Both the position numbers and the translations under genes were made by a program. Below are positions 27,996 to 38,046 of a stretch of DNA of 64,000 bases, in pieces; the stretch's first letter is position 1; every line of letters starts with the position of its first letter. The notes beneath the pieces were generated by a model. That model searched no databases. It worked only from the letters and a program-made list of their open reading frames with translations, and was not told the DNA's origin. The stretch comes from Candidatus Cloacimonadota bacterium (GTDB lineage: Bacteria > Cloacimonadota > Cloacimonadia > Cloacimonadales > WRIO01). The stretch is taken from positions 1 through 64,000 of the forward strand of contig JAKQQL010000269.1 of NCBI GenBank assembly GCA_029564175.1, in the 5' to 3' direction.

Positions 27996-29132
27996 TCAAT
28001 TACATTCAGAAGATTGAGATGATTCATCTTCTAACACTGAAGTGCTCTCATATTGAACCCCATGTTCAGTTAAAAAATCTTCCAGATTTAACACAGGCAG
28101 TTCAAAGTGTTTATAATGATCTATATTTGGAGTAGCTATAAAAATCTGATGACTCTTTGACAACAAGTCAATCAGATTTCTGGAGCGATGTTGATCTAAT
28201 TCTGCCAAAGTATCATCAAAAATCAAAATTGGATAAGTACTGCTTATCTTTTGAATCATCTGAGCTAATGCAATCTTTAAGGCAATAACGATACTTCTTT
28301 TTTGACCTTGTGAGGCATACTTTACGACAGGTTGTTTATCAATTTTTATTAGCAAATCATCCAAATGTGGACCAATCAGTGTTCTTTGTGTAATCTTTTC
28401 CTGATTCTCTATCTTTTTAAGTTCTGACAGAAAATCTTTCTTAATTTGATTAGTTTTATAACTAAACTGGGTGACATAATCGATATCAATTCGTTCAGAA
28501 TATCCACTGATATTCTCATAACAGGTTTGGAATATAGGCGAAAAATCTTTTAAAAACTTCAAACGGTAATCGATAATATCAGAGCCAAGGGTTGCAAGCT
28601 GTTCATCCCAGGCTTTCTTTTCAGCAGGATGATAATCAGTTTTAAGTAGAGCATTTCTCTGGGTCAGGATATTCTGATACATCTTCATCACTTCAATGTA
28701 TCCCCAATAAATCTTAAAAATCGAAAGATCTAAAAAAGAACGTCTGTTTTTAGGAGTACCAATAATCAGATTAATATCATCTGGAGAAAAATAAATAATC
28801 TGTAAATACTGATACAATTCACTAATTCGCTTCACCCAAACATCATTGATATTGATGTTTTTATAACTTTGGTAAGAGATATCAAATGAAATATCATTCT
28901 GATTATTATTGAAAACCGAAATTATCTTAAAAAACTTCTCATTAAAACGAATTAGTTCTGAATCACGCGAATTAAGGATCGATTTTCCAAATGCAAAATA
29001 AGTGATTGCTTCAAGCAAATTTGTTTTACCAATTCCATTTTTTCCAACAATAATGCAACCTTTTGGATCAAAATCAAATTTTGATTCACTATAGTTTCTG
29101 AAGTTCACCAGTTTGATGGATTTTATATACAA
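27996..29132 (-). CDS. recF: DNA replication/repair protein RecF
   Basis: NFRNY, GKNGIGKTNLLEAI, ASQGQKR; likely TTG start at 29132 (ORF track starts 29180, inside a terminator). Confidence 0.92.
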   Translation of the reverse strand: MYIKSIKLVNFRNYSESKFDFDPKGCIIVGKNGIGKTNLLEAITYFAFGKSILNSRDSELIRFNEKFFKIISVFNNNQNDISFDISYQSYKNININDVWVKRISELYQYLQIIYFSPDDINLIIGTPKNRRSFLDLSIFKIYWGYIEVMKMYQNILTQRNALLKTDYHPAEKKAWDEQLATLGSDIIDYRLKFLKDFSPIFQTCYENISGYSERIDIDYVTQFSYKTNQIKKDFLSELKKIENQEKITQRTLIGPHLDDLLIKIDKQPVVKYASQGQKRSIVIALKIALAQMIQKISSTYPILIFDDTLAELDQHRSRNLIDLLSKSHQIFIATPNIDHYKHFELPVLNLEDFLTEHGVQYESTSVLEDESSQSSECN

Positions 29133-29143
29133 AAATGATCCCC

Positions 29144-29179
29144 AAAAAAAAGAAAAGGAGAGACATGAAAGTCTCTCCA
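29144..29179 (-). terminator. Intrinsic terminator between dnaN and recF
   Basis: GGAGAGAC/GTCTCTCC stem plus long U-tract. Confidence 0.7.
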
Positions 29180-29186
29180 TATTAAA

Positions 29187-30308
29187 CTATTCGAGCCTTA
29201 AAGGCATAACAACAAAACGAATCATCATGGACTTATCATCAGAATTATTTAATACCCAAACTGGCTCAGTTGCTTTACCAATTTTAAAGATCACTTCATC
29301 TGATTCTATCACATTTAAGAAAGAAAGAACAAATTTTGAATTTAAACCAAAAACAATCGGTTCTCCGTCATAAGTAAAATCATCAATCACTTCTTTCGCA
29401 TTTCCTAATTCACTATTGATCGCTTCCAGTATAATCTGATTCTGCTTAATATCAAATTTCATGATATTTTTATCATCATTTGTACCTAATAATGCAACTC
29501 TTCGAATTGCATCTTTTAAGAAGCTTTTATCAATGAGCATCATGTGTTCATGTTCTTTTTTGAAAACAACAGAATAAATAGGATACTTACCTTCATATTT
29601 ACTGGAAATGATGATAACATTTTCGTAAATGAAGACTATTTTTTTGTCTTCATTAATCATCACAATATCTTCAGATGAGCCATTTAAGAATTTTTCCAGG
29701 AATGTTAGAGATTTTACTGAAATGACAAATTCAAAAGGATCCAATATGTTCATTGGTGTAAAAGTCTTTACTTCAGCAATACGTTTACTATCTGTTGCAG
29801 CCATAATTTGCTCTGAAGCGGAAAAACTGCAGTAAATACCTGAATACATCTGATTAGTAGCATCAGACCCTGTAGCAAAGGCAGTATTTTCAATCATTTT
29901 TGATACGACTTTTTTCTCAAGTTTTAACTCATTATCTCTGCTGTAACTAGGGATAACAGGGAATAGAGAACAATCCATAAAATTAAGATTAAAGCTGGAT
30001 TTTTCACAGGTTATCTTGAGTTTATCTACAATAGTTTCAAAATGAATCATTGATTCAGGTAATGCCTGAACAATATCTGAAAAGCTCTTTGCAGAAATAC
30101 AGATTGTGCCACTTTCAAGTACATTTGCCTGAATATCGACAACAACTGTAATATTGAGGTCAGTGGTAACCAGTTTGATAGTATTTAATTCTTCAGAACA
30201 TTCCAGCATAATACTACCTACAATCTGCATAGTAGGTTTTGTTGGAACAATCTGGGTTACATGTTGAACATAATGTACAAAATCTTTTTTATTAATTGTA
30301 AATTTCAT
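29187..30308 (-). CDS. dnaN: DNA polymerase III beta sliding clamp
   Basis: MKFTI, TTDL, ATDSKR, GKYP, VVMPLRL. Confidence 0.93.
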   Translation of the reverse strand: MKFTINKKDFVHYVQHVTQIVPTKPTMQIVGSIMLECSEELNTIKLVTTDLNITVVVDIQANVLESGTICISAKSFSDIVQALPESMIHFETIVDKLKITCEKSSFNLNFMDCSLFPVIPSYSRDNELKLEKKVVSKMIENTAFATGSDATNQMYSGIYCSFSASEQIMAATDSKRIAEVKTFTPMNILDPFEFVISVKSLTFLEKFLNGSSEDIVMINEDKKIVFIYENVIIISSKYEGKYPIYSVVFKKEHEHMMLIDKSFLKDAIRRVALLGTNDDKNIMKFDIKQNQIILEAINSELGNAKEVIDDFTYDGEPIVFGLNSKFVLSFLNVIESDEVIFKIGKATEPVWVLNNSDDKSMMIRFVVMPLRLE

Positions 30309-30336
30309 TGTATCCTCTCTATATCGATAAGTAAAT

Positions 30337-30609
30337 TTATTTGATGAATTCTTTTAGTTTTGAACCTGCCTTAAAAACTGGCACTTTTTTTTCTGGGATA
30401 TCAATTTCTGATTTTGTCAGAGGATTGTAGCCTTTTCTTGCTTTTCTGACTGCAACAGAGAACGAACCAAAACCAGTAAAGGTAACGCGTTCATTTTTTT
30501 TCAGTGCATCAGTAATACTTTCAAAAATAATATTAACAGCCATGTTTGCTTCATTTCTGCTTATTTGCGCTTCTTCTGCAACTTTTTTTACGAGTTCATC
30601 TTTAGTCAT
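30337..30609 (-). CDS. hup: HU family DNA-binding protein
   Basis: MTKDEL, GFGSF, RKGYNP, PVFKAG. Confidence 0.93.
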   Translation of the reverse strand: MTKDELVKKVAEEAQISRNEANMAVNIIFESITDALKKNERVTFTGFGSFSVAVRKARKGYNPLTKSEIDIPEKKVPVFKAGSKLKEFIK

Positions 30610-30675
30610 TTTTTCCTCCTACATCTAATTTCTATAATGATGATAAAATTCATCCCTTTTCTTGTCAATAAAAAT

Positions 30676-31095
30676 TTAGTCTAAATGTTCAACAATTAGA
30701 CTTCTTGTCATATTTTCCTGATAATCAAAATGAAAATGCCATGTTTTTTCAGGAAGAAGCTCAATTGCGATTTCAGGCCATTCAATAAAAACCAATGTAC
30801 GGTCTAAGTGTTCAAACATCCCTAATTCATATACTTCGTCTGCAAACTGTAAGCGGTACAAATCATAGTGGTTTACCAGAATTTCTCCCTGATACTGATT
30901 CAATAGCACATAAGAGGGGCTACTGACTTCATCCTTTATACCCATTGCTTTACATACATTCTGAACAAAGAAAGTTTTTCCAACCCCTAAATTACCATAT
31001 AAAGCAATCACGTCGCCTGGTTTAAACAATTTGGCATATTGTTTTGCAATACGAATTGCATCTTTTTTATAGATAATCAGGTAATTTTCTTTCAT
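30676..31095 (-). CDS. tsaE: tRNA t6A biosynthesis ATPase
   Basis: GNLGVGKT, SPSY, HYDLYRL, IEWP. Confidence 0.93.
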   Translation of the reverse strand: MKENYLIIYKKDAIRIAKQYAKLFKPGDVIALYGNLGVGKTFFVQNVCKAMGIKDEVSSPSYVLLNQYQGEILVNHYDLYRLQFADEVYELGMFEHLDRTLVFIEWPEIAIELLPEKTWHFHFDYQENMTRSLIVEHLD

Positions 31096-31096
31096 A

Positions 31097-32662
31097 TTAC
31101 TTCTTTTTTGGATAACATACTGCTAAAGGCAGGAGCATTTCTTCCATAGAGATACCGCCATGCTGAAATGTACCATTATATTGCTTTTGATATTGATGAT
31201 AAGAGTTTGGATAAACAAAATAATAATCATCTTTTGCAAAAATATAATTATCAATAATGTTTCTGTGAGGTAATCCAAAATCTTTTGGATTTTTCAAATA
31301 TAATGCATGTTTTTCATTACATGAGAGATTTTTGCCTTCTTTATACCGTACAGTAATACTGGTTTCCCTGTCTCCTATCACTTGTGTCGCCCTTGATACG
31401 CGAATTGAGCCATGATCAGTAGTAATCACCAAAACTGAATTTTCCTGTTTACTGATTAACTTAATGGCTTCATAGAGTGATGAATGCGTAAACCAATGTC
31501 TGGTAAAAGCTCTGAAAGCTTCTTCATCCGGAATGGTTTCTTGAAGAATCTGGTCTTTGGAACGATGATGTGCAATTAAATCAAGGAAATTGTAAACCAG
31601 AACAACAAGTCTCTCATTTTTATAACTTTCAATCTTTCGGAGAACGAAATTACCTTCTTCAAGATTGAAAACTTTTATATATTTACTGGCTGGATTTAAC
31701 TTCTGACCTAAATCTTCAATCAGTTCATCAAGCAGTTGATGTTCATTTCTATTTCTGCTGTTATCTGTGTCATTATTATCCATCCAATATTCAGGAAAAC
31801 GTTTTGCAATATCTTCTGGCAACAATCCACTGAACAAACTGTTTCTGGAATATGGAGTCGCAGTAGGTAATATGGAGTAATACATATCCAGTTCTACATC
31901 AAACAATTCTTTTATAAATGGTTCTATAGAAAGATACTGGTCATATCTTAAACAATCAAGAACTAAAAAATAAACCGTTTTATTATTTTCTAGCTGAGGT
32001 ATAATATATTGTGAAACAACATCATAGGACAGATTAGGACGATCATTGCTATTCAGCCATTTTTTATAATTTTCTTCAATATAATTACAAAATTCCGTAT
32101 TGCTGTTTCTTTTTTCAAGATAATGAGCATGTTTTAAATTATCATCTTTCACTTCATCTAAAACCATATCCCAATGACAGATTTCTTTATAAATTTCTGT
32201 CCATTCTTTAAAATCAGGTTCCGCAAACAATTTTCTGCTAAGTAAAGCTGAAAATTGTGAATACTCTTGCCCAATTCTATTTAATCTGATTTCTTCTGAA
32301 TGAAAAATCCGTTTGATTGCCATCAGAATTTGGTTTGGATTGATAGGTTTAATGAGATATTCATTGATCTGTTTAGAGATCGCTGTTTCCATTAAACCTT
32401 CTTCTTCGCTTTTTGTAAGCATAATAACTGGAACTTCAGCATTAATCTTTGAAATCTCAGCTAAAACAGAAAGACCATCCATCCCTGGCATAATTTCATC
32501 CAGAATGATCAAGTCAATCTGATTATTGACAAATAAAACAATTGCATCATCTCCATTTGTTGCTGATATCACATTGACATTTTTTTCTTTTAAAAAGATG
32601 ATAAATGCTTCTAATAATTCAATTTCATCATCTACCCATAAAACATTCAATCTCTTTTTCAT
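31097..32662 (-). CDS. porX: PorX-like response regulator with PglZ/alkaline phosphatase domain
   Basis: WVDDE receiver; DCLRYDQ, SILPTATPYSRN, TDHG, FQHGGISMEEM; adjacent to tsaE; start 32662 by SD. Confidence 0.85.
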   Translation of the reverse strand: MKKRLNVLWVDDEIELLEAFIIFLKEKNVNVISATNGDDAIVLFVNNQIDLIILDEIMPGMDGLSVLAEISKINAEVPVIMLTKSEEEGLMETAISKQINEYLIKPINPNQILMAIKRIFHSEEIRLNRIGQEYSQFSALLSRKLFAEPDFKEWTEIYKEICHWDMVLDEVKDDNLKHAHYLEKRNSNTEFCNYIEENYKKWLNSNDRPNLSYDVVSQYIIPQLENNKTVYFLVLDCLRYDQYLSIEPFIKELFDVELDMYYSILPTATPYSRNSLFSGLLPEDIAKRFPEYWMDNNDTDNSRNRNEHQLLDELIEDLGQKLNPASKYIKVFNLEEGNFVLRKIESYKNERLVVLVYNFLDLIAHHRSKDQILQETIPDEEAFRAFTRHWFTHSSLYEAIKLISKQENSVLVITTDHGSIRVSRATQVIGDRETSITVRYKEGKNLSCNEKHALYLKNPKDFGLPHRNIIDNYIFAKDDYYFVYPNSYHQYQKQYNGTFQHGGISMEEMLLPLAVCYPKKK

Positions 32663-32685
32663 ACACCCTCCCTCCATTGATAATA

Positions 32686-33315
32686 TCAATCTTTGAAATC
32701 TGCAAACATTCCTTCAAAGTCACCTGATTGCTCCAACTGTCTCTGTTTATCCTTTATGTCTTGTTTAATCATATTTAAATCAGCATCGTGAAAGAAAATT
32801 GCCATTTTAAAATTGAGTTCCTTTGCTGAGCAATTAAAAAATGTACGCATTTTATCGACATGCTGCTCTGCAAAAATTTCTTTAAAAGTCTTTGGCTTTT
32901 TTACCTTTTCTTTTTCGTCTTTAATCATTTGTCTGAGTTCAGGCGTATTCTTTTCTTTTGCTTCATCGATCCACTCTTCTGCAATACTGAGTTCAGTATC
33001 TTTTACAAATGATTTTATCATATTCAAACGGTCAAAGCCTATCTGATTGAGCGTAAATTCATCAACATCCAATTCTTCAATATAGAGTTCGTAGGTATCA
33101 ATCAATTTTCCGGCAAATGCAGACGTAATATTATATTCTGTTTCAATAAAGTCTTTAAAAGTCTTGTATCCTTTTACTTTAAAAGTACCTTTTCGTTTAA
33201 CTTCTGAGAGCAATTCTCCAAAAGAGATAAAATTCTCTTGTAATGTGTTTTTAAATTTCTCAATTGCAGCAAATTTATCTTCAGGTTTTACCTGATCATC
33301 ATAGATTTCACTCAT
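32686..33315 (-). CDS. Hypothetical helical protein (DUF3102/CT583-like pattern)
   Basis: FISFGELL.EVK...GYKTFKDFIE; start 33315 by AAGGAG SD. Confidence 0.6.
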   Translation of the reverse strand: MSEIYDDQVKPEDKFAAIEKFKNTLQENFISFGELLSEVKRKGTFKVKGYKTFKDFIETEYNITSAFAGKLIDTYELYIEELDVDEFTLNQIGFDRLNMIKSFVKDTELSIAEEWIDEAKEKNTPELRQMIKDEKEKVKKPKTFKEIFAEQHVDKMRTFFNCSAKELNFKMAIFFHDADLNMIKQDIKDKQRQLEQSGDFEGMFADFKD

Positions 33316-34129
33316 GACTACTCCTTGAATCAACCGGATAATAGACATGTTCTTCATCCGGGAAATTTTTATTTTTTACATCAGACTGGTATGCTTTAAC
33401 AGCAAAATCAGTCATTTCTTTAACATTATGCCATACTTTATTAAATTTTGCATTGTGTTCACTTAGTCCCATAATATCATGCCAAACCAGTACCTGACCG
33501 TCAGTATATCTGCCTGCACCGATACCAACTGTTGGAATATTAAGTGATTGAGAGATATTCTGCCCCAGTTCTTCAGGAATTCCTTCCAGAACTAACATAA
33601 AAGCGCCGGCTTTCTCAATTTCCAATGCCTGATTTAAAATCATCTCTTTTTGGTCATGATGCTTTCCCTGAACCTTAAATCCCCCAAATTTATGAACAGA
33701 CTGGGGAGTTAATCCCAAATGTCCAACTACAGGAATCTCACAGTCAATGATACATTTTATTGCTTTTAAACGTGACTCTGAGCCACCCTCTAACTTTACA
33801 CAATCAGCTCTGCCTTCTTTGATCAGTCGTGATGCATTGCGTTTTGTAGTCTCTTTATCAATATGATAACTCATATAGGGCATATCAGCAATTATAAAAG
33901 TCTCAGGTGCACCATTACGTACGGCATTGCAATGTCTGATCATATCATCCATTGTAACGTTTAACGTATTTTTTTCACCATATACAACCATACCCAGACT
34001 ATCTCCAACCAGTATCATGTCTATGCTGTTTTGTTCGCATATTTTAGCCGAAAAATAATCATAAGCGGTAAGCATTACGATTGGTTCACCTTTTTTTTTC
34101 ATTTTACGAAAATCATTTATCTCTTTCAA
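33308..34129 (-). CDS. panB: 3-methyl-2-oxobutanoate hydroxymethyltransferase
   Basis: MLTAYD, LVGDSLGM, VKLEGG, GHLGLTPQ. Confidence 0.96.
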   Translation of the reverse strand: MKEINDFRKMKKKGEPIVMLTAYDYFSAKICEQNSIDMILVGDSLGMVVYGEKNTLNVTMDDMIRHCNAVRNGAPETFIIADMPYMSYHIDKETTKRNASRLIKEGRADCVKLEGGSESRLKAIKCIIDCEIPVVGHLGLTPQSVHKFGGFKVQGKHHDQKEMILNQALEIEKAGAFMLVLEGIPEELGQNISQSLNIPTVGIGAGRYTDGQVLVWHDIMGLSEHNAKFNKVWHNVKEMTDFAVKAYQSDVKNKNFPDEEHVYYPVDSRSSHE

Positions 34130-34131
34130 CG

Positions 34132-35256
34132 TTACTCCATGATCTGATCTAACAGCGGATAATACTTTTGGAAGAAATGCTCATAAGTTCCTTCAAGAAT
34201 AGCAGCCCTTGCTCTTTGTGATAATTCTACATAAAAATGAAGACTATGAATAGTAGCCAGATGCATCCCCAGAATTTCATTCATTGAGATCAGATGCCTG
34301 ATATAAGCTCTGGAATAATTTCTGCAGGCATGACAAGTACAATTTTCATCTATCGGTCTGAAATCTTCTTTATATCTGGCTGCTTTAATTATCATTTTAC
34401 CCTGCCAGGTAAAAATACTCCCTTTACGGGCATTTCTGGTTGGCATTACGCAATCAAACATATCTACCCCATTCCGTATATTCATCAGAATATCACCAGG
34501 AGTACCAACACCCATCAAATATCTGGGTTTATGTTCGGGTAATATTGGATTTAAAAAGTCAGTTAGCCTAAACATATCTTCTTTTGGTTCTCCGACTGCC
34601 AAGCCACCAATAGAATAGCCAGGAAAATCCATTTCCATCAATCTCTTTGCGCTTTCAAGTCTCAAATCTTCAAAAACGCCACCCTGTACAATTCCAAACA
34701 AAGCCTGTTTCTCTGTATTTTCATGGGCATTTTTTCCTCTTAACGCCCAATCAAGCGTTGTTTTTAAAGATTTTGCCACATATTCTTTAGTGGCAGGATA
34801 AGGAGGACATTCATCAAATGACATGATAATATCTGCTCCAAGATTGTTCTCTATTTCTATCACCTTTTCAGGTGTAAACATATGGTAAGATCCATCGATA
34901 TGAGATTGAAAACGAACACCATCCTTAGTTATTTTACGTAAACCGGCCAAACTCATCACCTGAAAACCACCACTATCCGTTAGAATGGGTCGATTCCAGT
35001 TCATGAATCCATGTAATCCGCCTGCTTTTTTTACCAACTGATCTCCTGGCCGTAAATAGAGATGATAAGTATTTCCCAGAATTATTTGAGCATTTATTTC
35101 TTCTAAATCATGAGATGACATTGTTTTGACAGTGCCCAAAGTTCCTACAGGCATAAAAATTGGTGTTTTAATAATTCCATGAGGGGTATGGAATTCACCA
35201 GCACGCGCATTACCAGATTTTGCTAATAATTTATATTCAAAAATAAGAGCCTCCAA
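34132..35256 (-). CDS. tgt: tRNA-guanine transglycosylase
   Basis: FMPVGT, LGNTYHL, TDSGGFQ, DMFDCVMPTR, CTCHAC. Confidence 0.97.
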   Translation of the reverse strand: MEALIFEYKLLAKSGNARAGEFHTPHGIIKTPIFMPVGTLGTVKTMSSHDLEEINAQIILGNTYHLYLRPGDQLVKKAGGLHGFMNWNRPILTDSGGFQVMSLAGLRKITKDGVRFQSHIDGSYHMFTPEKVIEIENNLGADIIMSFDECPPYPATKEYVAKSLKTTLDWALRGKNAHENTEKQALFGIVQGGVFEDLRLESAKRLMEMDFPGYSIGGLAVGEPKEDMFRLTDFLNPILPEHKPRYLMGVGTPGDILMNIRNGVDMFDCVMPTRNARKGSIFTWQGKMIIKAARYKEDFRPIDENCTCHACRNYSRAYIRHLISMNEILGMHLATIHSLHFYVELSQRARAAILEGTYEHFFQKYYPLLDQIME

Positions 35257-36573
35257 TTATTGTTTATCTAATATTTCCTGATTCGACTTAACTGAACGGT
35301 TTCTTGAAACCATTTTACTAAAATCATTGGTAAATGCATAAATCATTAACATCATCAGTAATGCAAAACCTAACTGTTGAGCATATTGCTGAAAACGTAT
35401 CGATACACTTTTTCCTGTGATACCTTCAAAAAGACAAAACATGATATGCCCCCCATCTAACACTGGTATAGGCAGAAGATTCATGATCATCAGAAGAATA
35501 CTGATAGCTGCAATAAAATTAATCGTATCAGCTAAGCCTTTCTCACTGGTCTCTTTAGTCATTGAAAAAACCATCACTGGTCCTCCTACACTGTTTTTAA
35601 AAGCACCAGGGTTTTTAACCAGTTTATAAAGACCATAGTAATTCATTGCTACAAAATTGACTGTAGTAATACTACCATATTTGACAGCTTCAAATATAGA
35701 ACTCTTTTCCTTAATTTCAATTGGTAATTCTTGAGTGATCCCGACGATCTTTGTTTCTGGCTCAAGCGGATTAATTTCAGGTATAAGAGAAATGCTTAGA
35801 CGTTTTTTATCTCTTTCAACAATCATTTCCACGTCACCTTCTGAATCTTTGATTTTATCTCTGATTTGGTACCAGTTTGACATACTGTCACCTTGAATGA
35901 AAACGATTCTGTCACCATTTTTTAATCCAGCTTTCCATGCAGGTAGTCCAGAAGAAACGTCTCCTATTATGGTACTGGTTTTAGGTAACAGATTTTCATA
36001 TAAATGCTGTAAACTTTCTGGACTAAAGCTAACTTCCCGATATAGACTGTCATTTTGAAGTATGAATGTATTTCCCTGATTCAGTTTAATATATTTAAAA
36101 ATATCAGACCATGTTTTAACATCATGCTGATTCACGGAGACAACGTTATCATTTACTTGAAAATATTGCTGATAAGGTGCTTTGACCTGATCAATGATTG
36201 GCGCAAAATCTTTATAAGTTTTACCGATAGAAAATGCAATAATAAAAAGAAAAGCAGCAAAAATGAGATTGGCAAAAGGACCAGCAAAAGCAATAAATGC
36301 TCTTTGATACCATTTTTTAGATTGAAATTCATCCTGATCGCCATGTATTTCATTTTGATCTGGATTTTCTCCTTTCATTTTGACATATCCTCCAAGAGGA
36401 ATAAGAGACAATGCATATTCAGTTTCGCCTTTTACAAAACTAAAAATGCGAGGACCAAATCCTATGGAAAATTTTAAAACGCTTACTTTACATATACGGG
36501 CTGCCAGAAAATGTCCACCCTCATGTATTAAAACTAAAAGACCCAAAGCTATAACAGCTATGACAATACTCAA
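35257..36573 (-). CDS. rseP: RIP metalloprotease RseP
   Basis: HEGGH, PLGGYVKM, PDZ, NLLPIPVLDGGH; likely TTG start 36573. Confidence 0.93.
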   Translation of the reverse strand: MSIVIAVIALGLLVLIHEGGHFLAARICKVSVLKFSIGFGPRIFSFVKGETEYALSLIPLGGYVKMKGENPDQNEIHGDQDEFQSKKWYQRAFIAFAGPFANLIFAAFLFIIAFSIGKTYKDFAPIIDQVKAPYQQYFQVNDNVVSVNQHDVKTWSDIFKYIKLNQGNTFILQNDSLYREVSFSPESLQHLYENLLPKTSTIIGDVSSGLPAWKAGLKNGDRIVFIQGDSMSNWYQIRDKIKDSEGDVEMIVERDKKRLSISLIPEINPLEPETKIVGITQELPIEIKEKSSIFEAVKYGSITTVNFVAMNYYGLYKLVKNPGAFKNSVGGPVMVFSMTKETSEKGLADTINFIAAISILLMIMNLLPIPVLDGGHIMFCLFEGITGKSVSIRFQQYAQQLGFALLMMLMIYAFTNDFSKMVSRNRSVKSNQEILDKQ

Positions 36574-36675
36574 TCTACACTCCTTATAATTCTTTAAAAT
36601 ACCATTCATTAATTACGGTATTTTGGTCAAGTTAATTCTATTTCCTTTTAAAAGCCAACATCACACTAAAATTGA

Positions 36676-36701
36676 TTTTCCCCTCCACATGGAGGGGAAA
36701 A
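36676..36701. terminator. Hairpin terminator after pfk
   Basis: TTTTCCCCTCCA/TGGAGGGGAAAA perfect inverted repeat. Confidence 0.6.
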
Positions 36702-36715
36702 TTCCAACATATTTA

Positions 36716-37936
36716 TTATCCGCGAGTTAAAATCTTTGGTACTTTAGGAGCTCTGATTCTGTGAGACTGTCTAAATCCAGAGCCAATTAAAGGACGGCAA
36801 TAGTAAATAAACTGATCTGTTATATTATTTCCATCTGTATTTATAAATTCATCGGGCATATGTCTGGTTTTTCCGGCAATATCCACCAGAGGCACTGGTT
36901 TATAATCAACCGAATAATAGCCGGTACGTTGAATGGTAATTGAACAGTCGATATTGTACCAGATTGCAAAATGAGCCGCTTTTTCGCCGACTTCTCGTGC
37001 TTCGTGCTGATCCACATCTGATACACAGGCAGGGAAAGAACGTTGCAGATAACCAAATGTATCAGAACGGACACGACTGATATTCAGGTTCTTTTTAATA
37101 TAATCTGCCAGTAAATCACCTAATGCCCCTGTTCCTGATAACTGAACATTCCCATGAGCATCTTTTTCTACATGATCAGTCAGTTTTGTGATGATAGGTG
37201 TTCCATGTTGGTCAGTAATACCTTCGGAGACAGCGATTACACATCTGCCCAAACGATCATAGACACTTTTTACATCCTTGAGGAACTGCTCACGGTGGAA
37301 TGGTCTTTCAGGTAAATAGATTAAATGCGGACCATCATCAGGATATTTTTTTGCAAGAGAAGAAGCTGCTGTTAAAAATCCAGCATGTCTGCCCATAACA
37401 ACACCGATATAAATACCAGGTAAGGCACGGTTATCAAGATTTGCACCAATAAAAGCCTCTGCAACAAAACGGGCTGCTGAACCAAATCCAGGAGTATGAT
37501 CATTGAGTACTAAATCATTATCAATCGTTTTTGGAATATGGATCGCTCTAAACTCATAATTAGCTTCTTTAGCATTGTCGTTGATAATTCTAACTGTATC
37601 AGAAGAATCATTACCACCAATGTAAAAGAAATAACGAACATCATGTGCCTTCATGACATTAAAAGCTTCTCTGCAATATTTTTCATCCGGTTTATCACGA
37701 GTGGAAAGTAAAGCAGAAGAAGGCGTATCTGCAACCTGTTCGAGATTATGAGATGTCTCCTGAGTCAGATCCAGAAAATCTTCATTTACAATGCCTCTGA
37801 TCCCATTTAATGCACCATAAACTTTGGAAACCTGGGTAAATTTTCTTGACTCAAGAACAACACCAACCAGAGACTGATTAATGACAGCAGTTGGTCCACC
37901 ACCTTGGGCAACCACTACTTTTCCTTCTAGTTTCAT
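36716..37936 (-). CDS. pfk: Phosphofructokinase, probably PPi-dependent
   Basis: QGGGPT, GGNDS, PKTIDND, MGRHAG; Asp/Lys signature of PPi-type enzymes. Confidence 0.88.
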   Translation of the reverse strand: MKLEGKVVVAQGGGPTAVINQSLVGVVLESRKFTQVSKVYGALNGIRGIVNEDFLDLTQETSHNLEQVADTPSSALLSTRDKPDEKYCREAFNVMKAHDVRYFFYIGGNDSSDTVRIINDNAKEANYEFRAIHIPKTIDNDLVLNDHTPGFGSAARFVAEAFIGANLDNRALPGIYIGVVMGRHAGFLTAASSLAKKYPDDGPHLIYLPERPFHREQFLKDVKSVYDRLGRCVIAVSEGITDQHGTPIITKLTDHVEKDAHGNVQLSGTGALGDLLADYIKKNLNISRVRSDTFGYLQRSFPACVSDVDQHEAREVGEKAAHFAIWYNIDCSITIQRTGYYSVDYKPVPLVDIAGKTRHMPDEFINTDGNNITDQFIYYCRPLIGSGFRQSHRIRAPKVPKILTRG

Positions 37937-38008
37937 GAAATACCTCCATATAATAATCTTTTTTTTTCTACACTATCATTTTATCCTTTTTTTGTCAATC
38001 AATAAAAA

Positions 38009-38030
38009 TGCCCTTCCCGAAGGAAGGGCT
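38009..38030 (-). terminator. Intrinsic terminator
   Basis: GCCCTTCC/GGAAGGGC stem. Confidence 0.7.
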
Positions 38031-38046
38031 TATTTTTTGCATTTTA

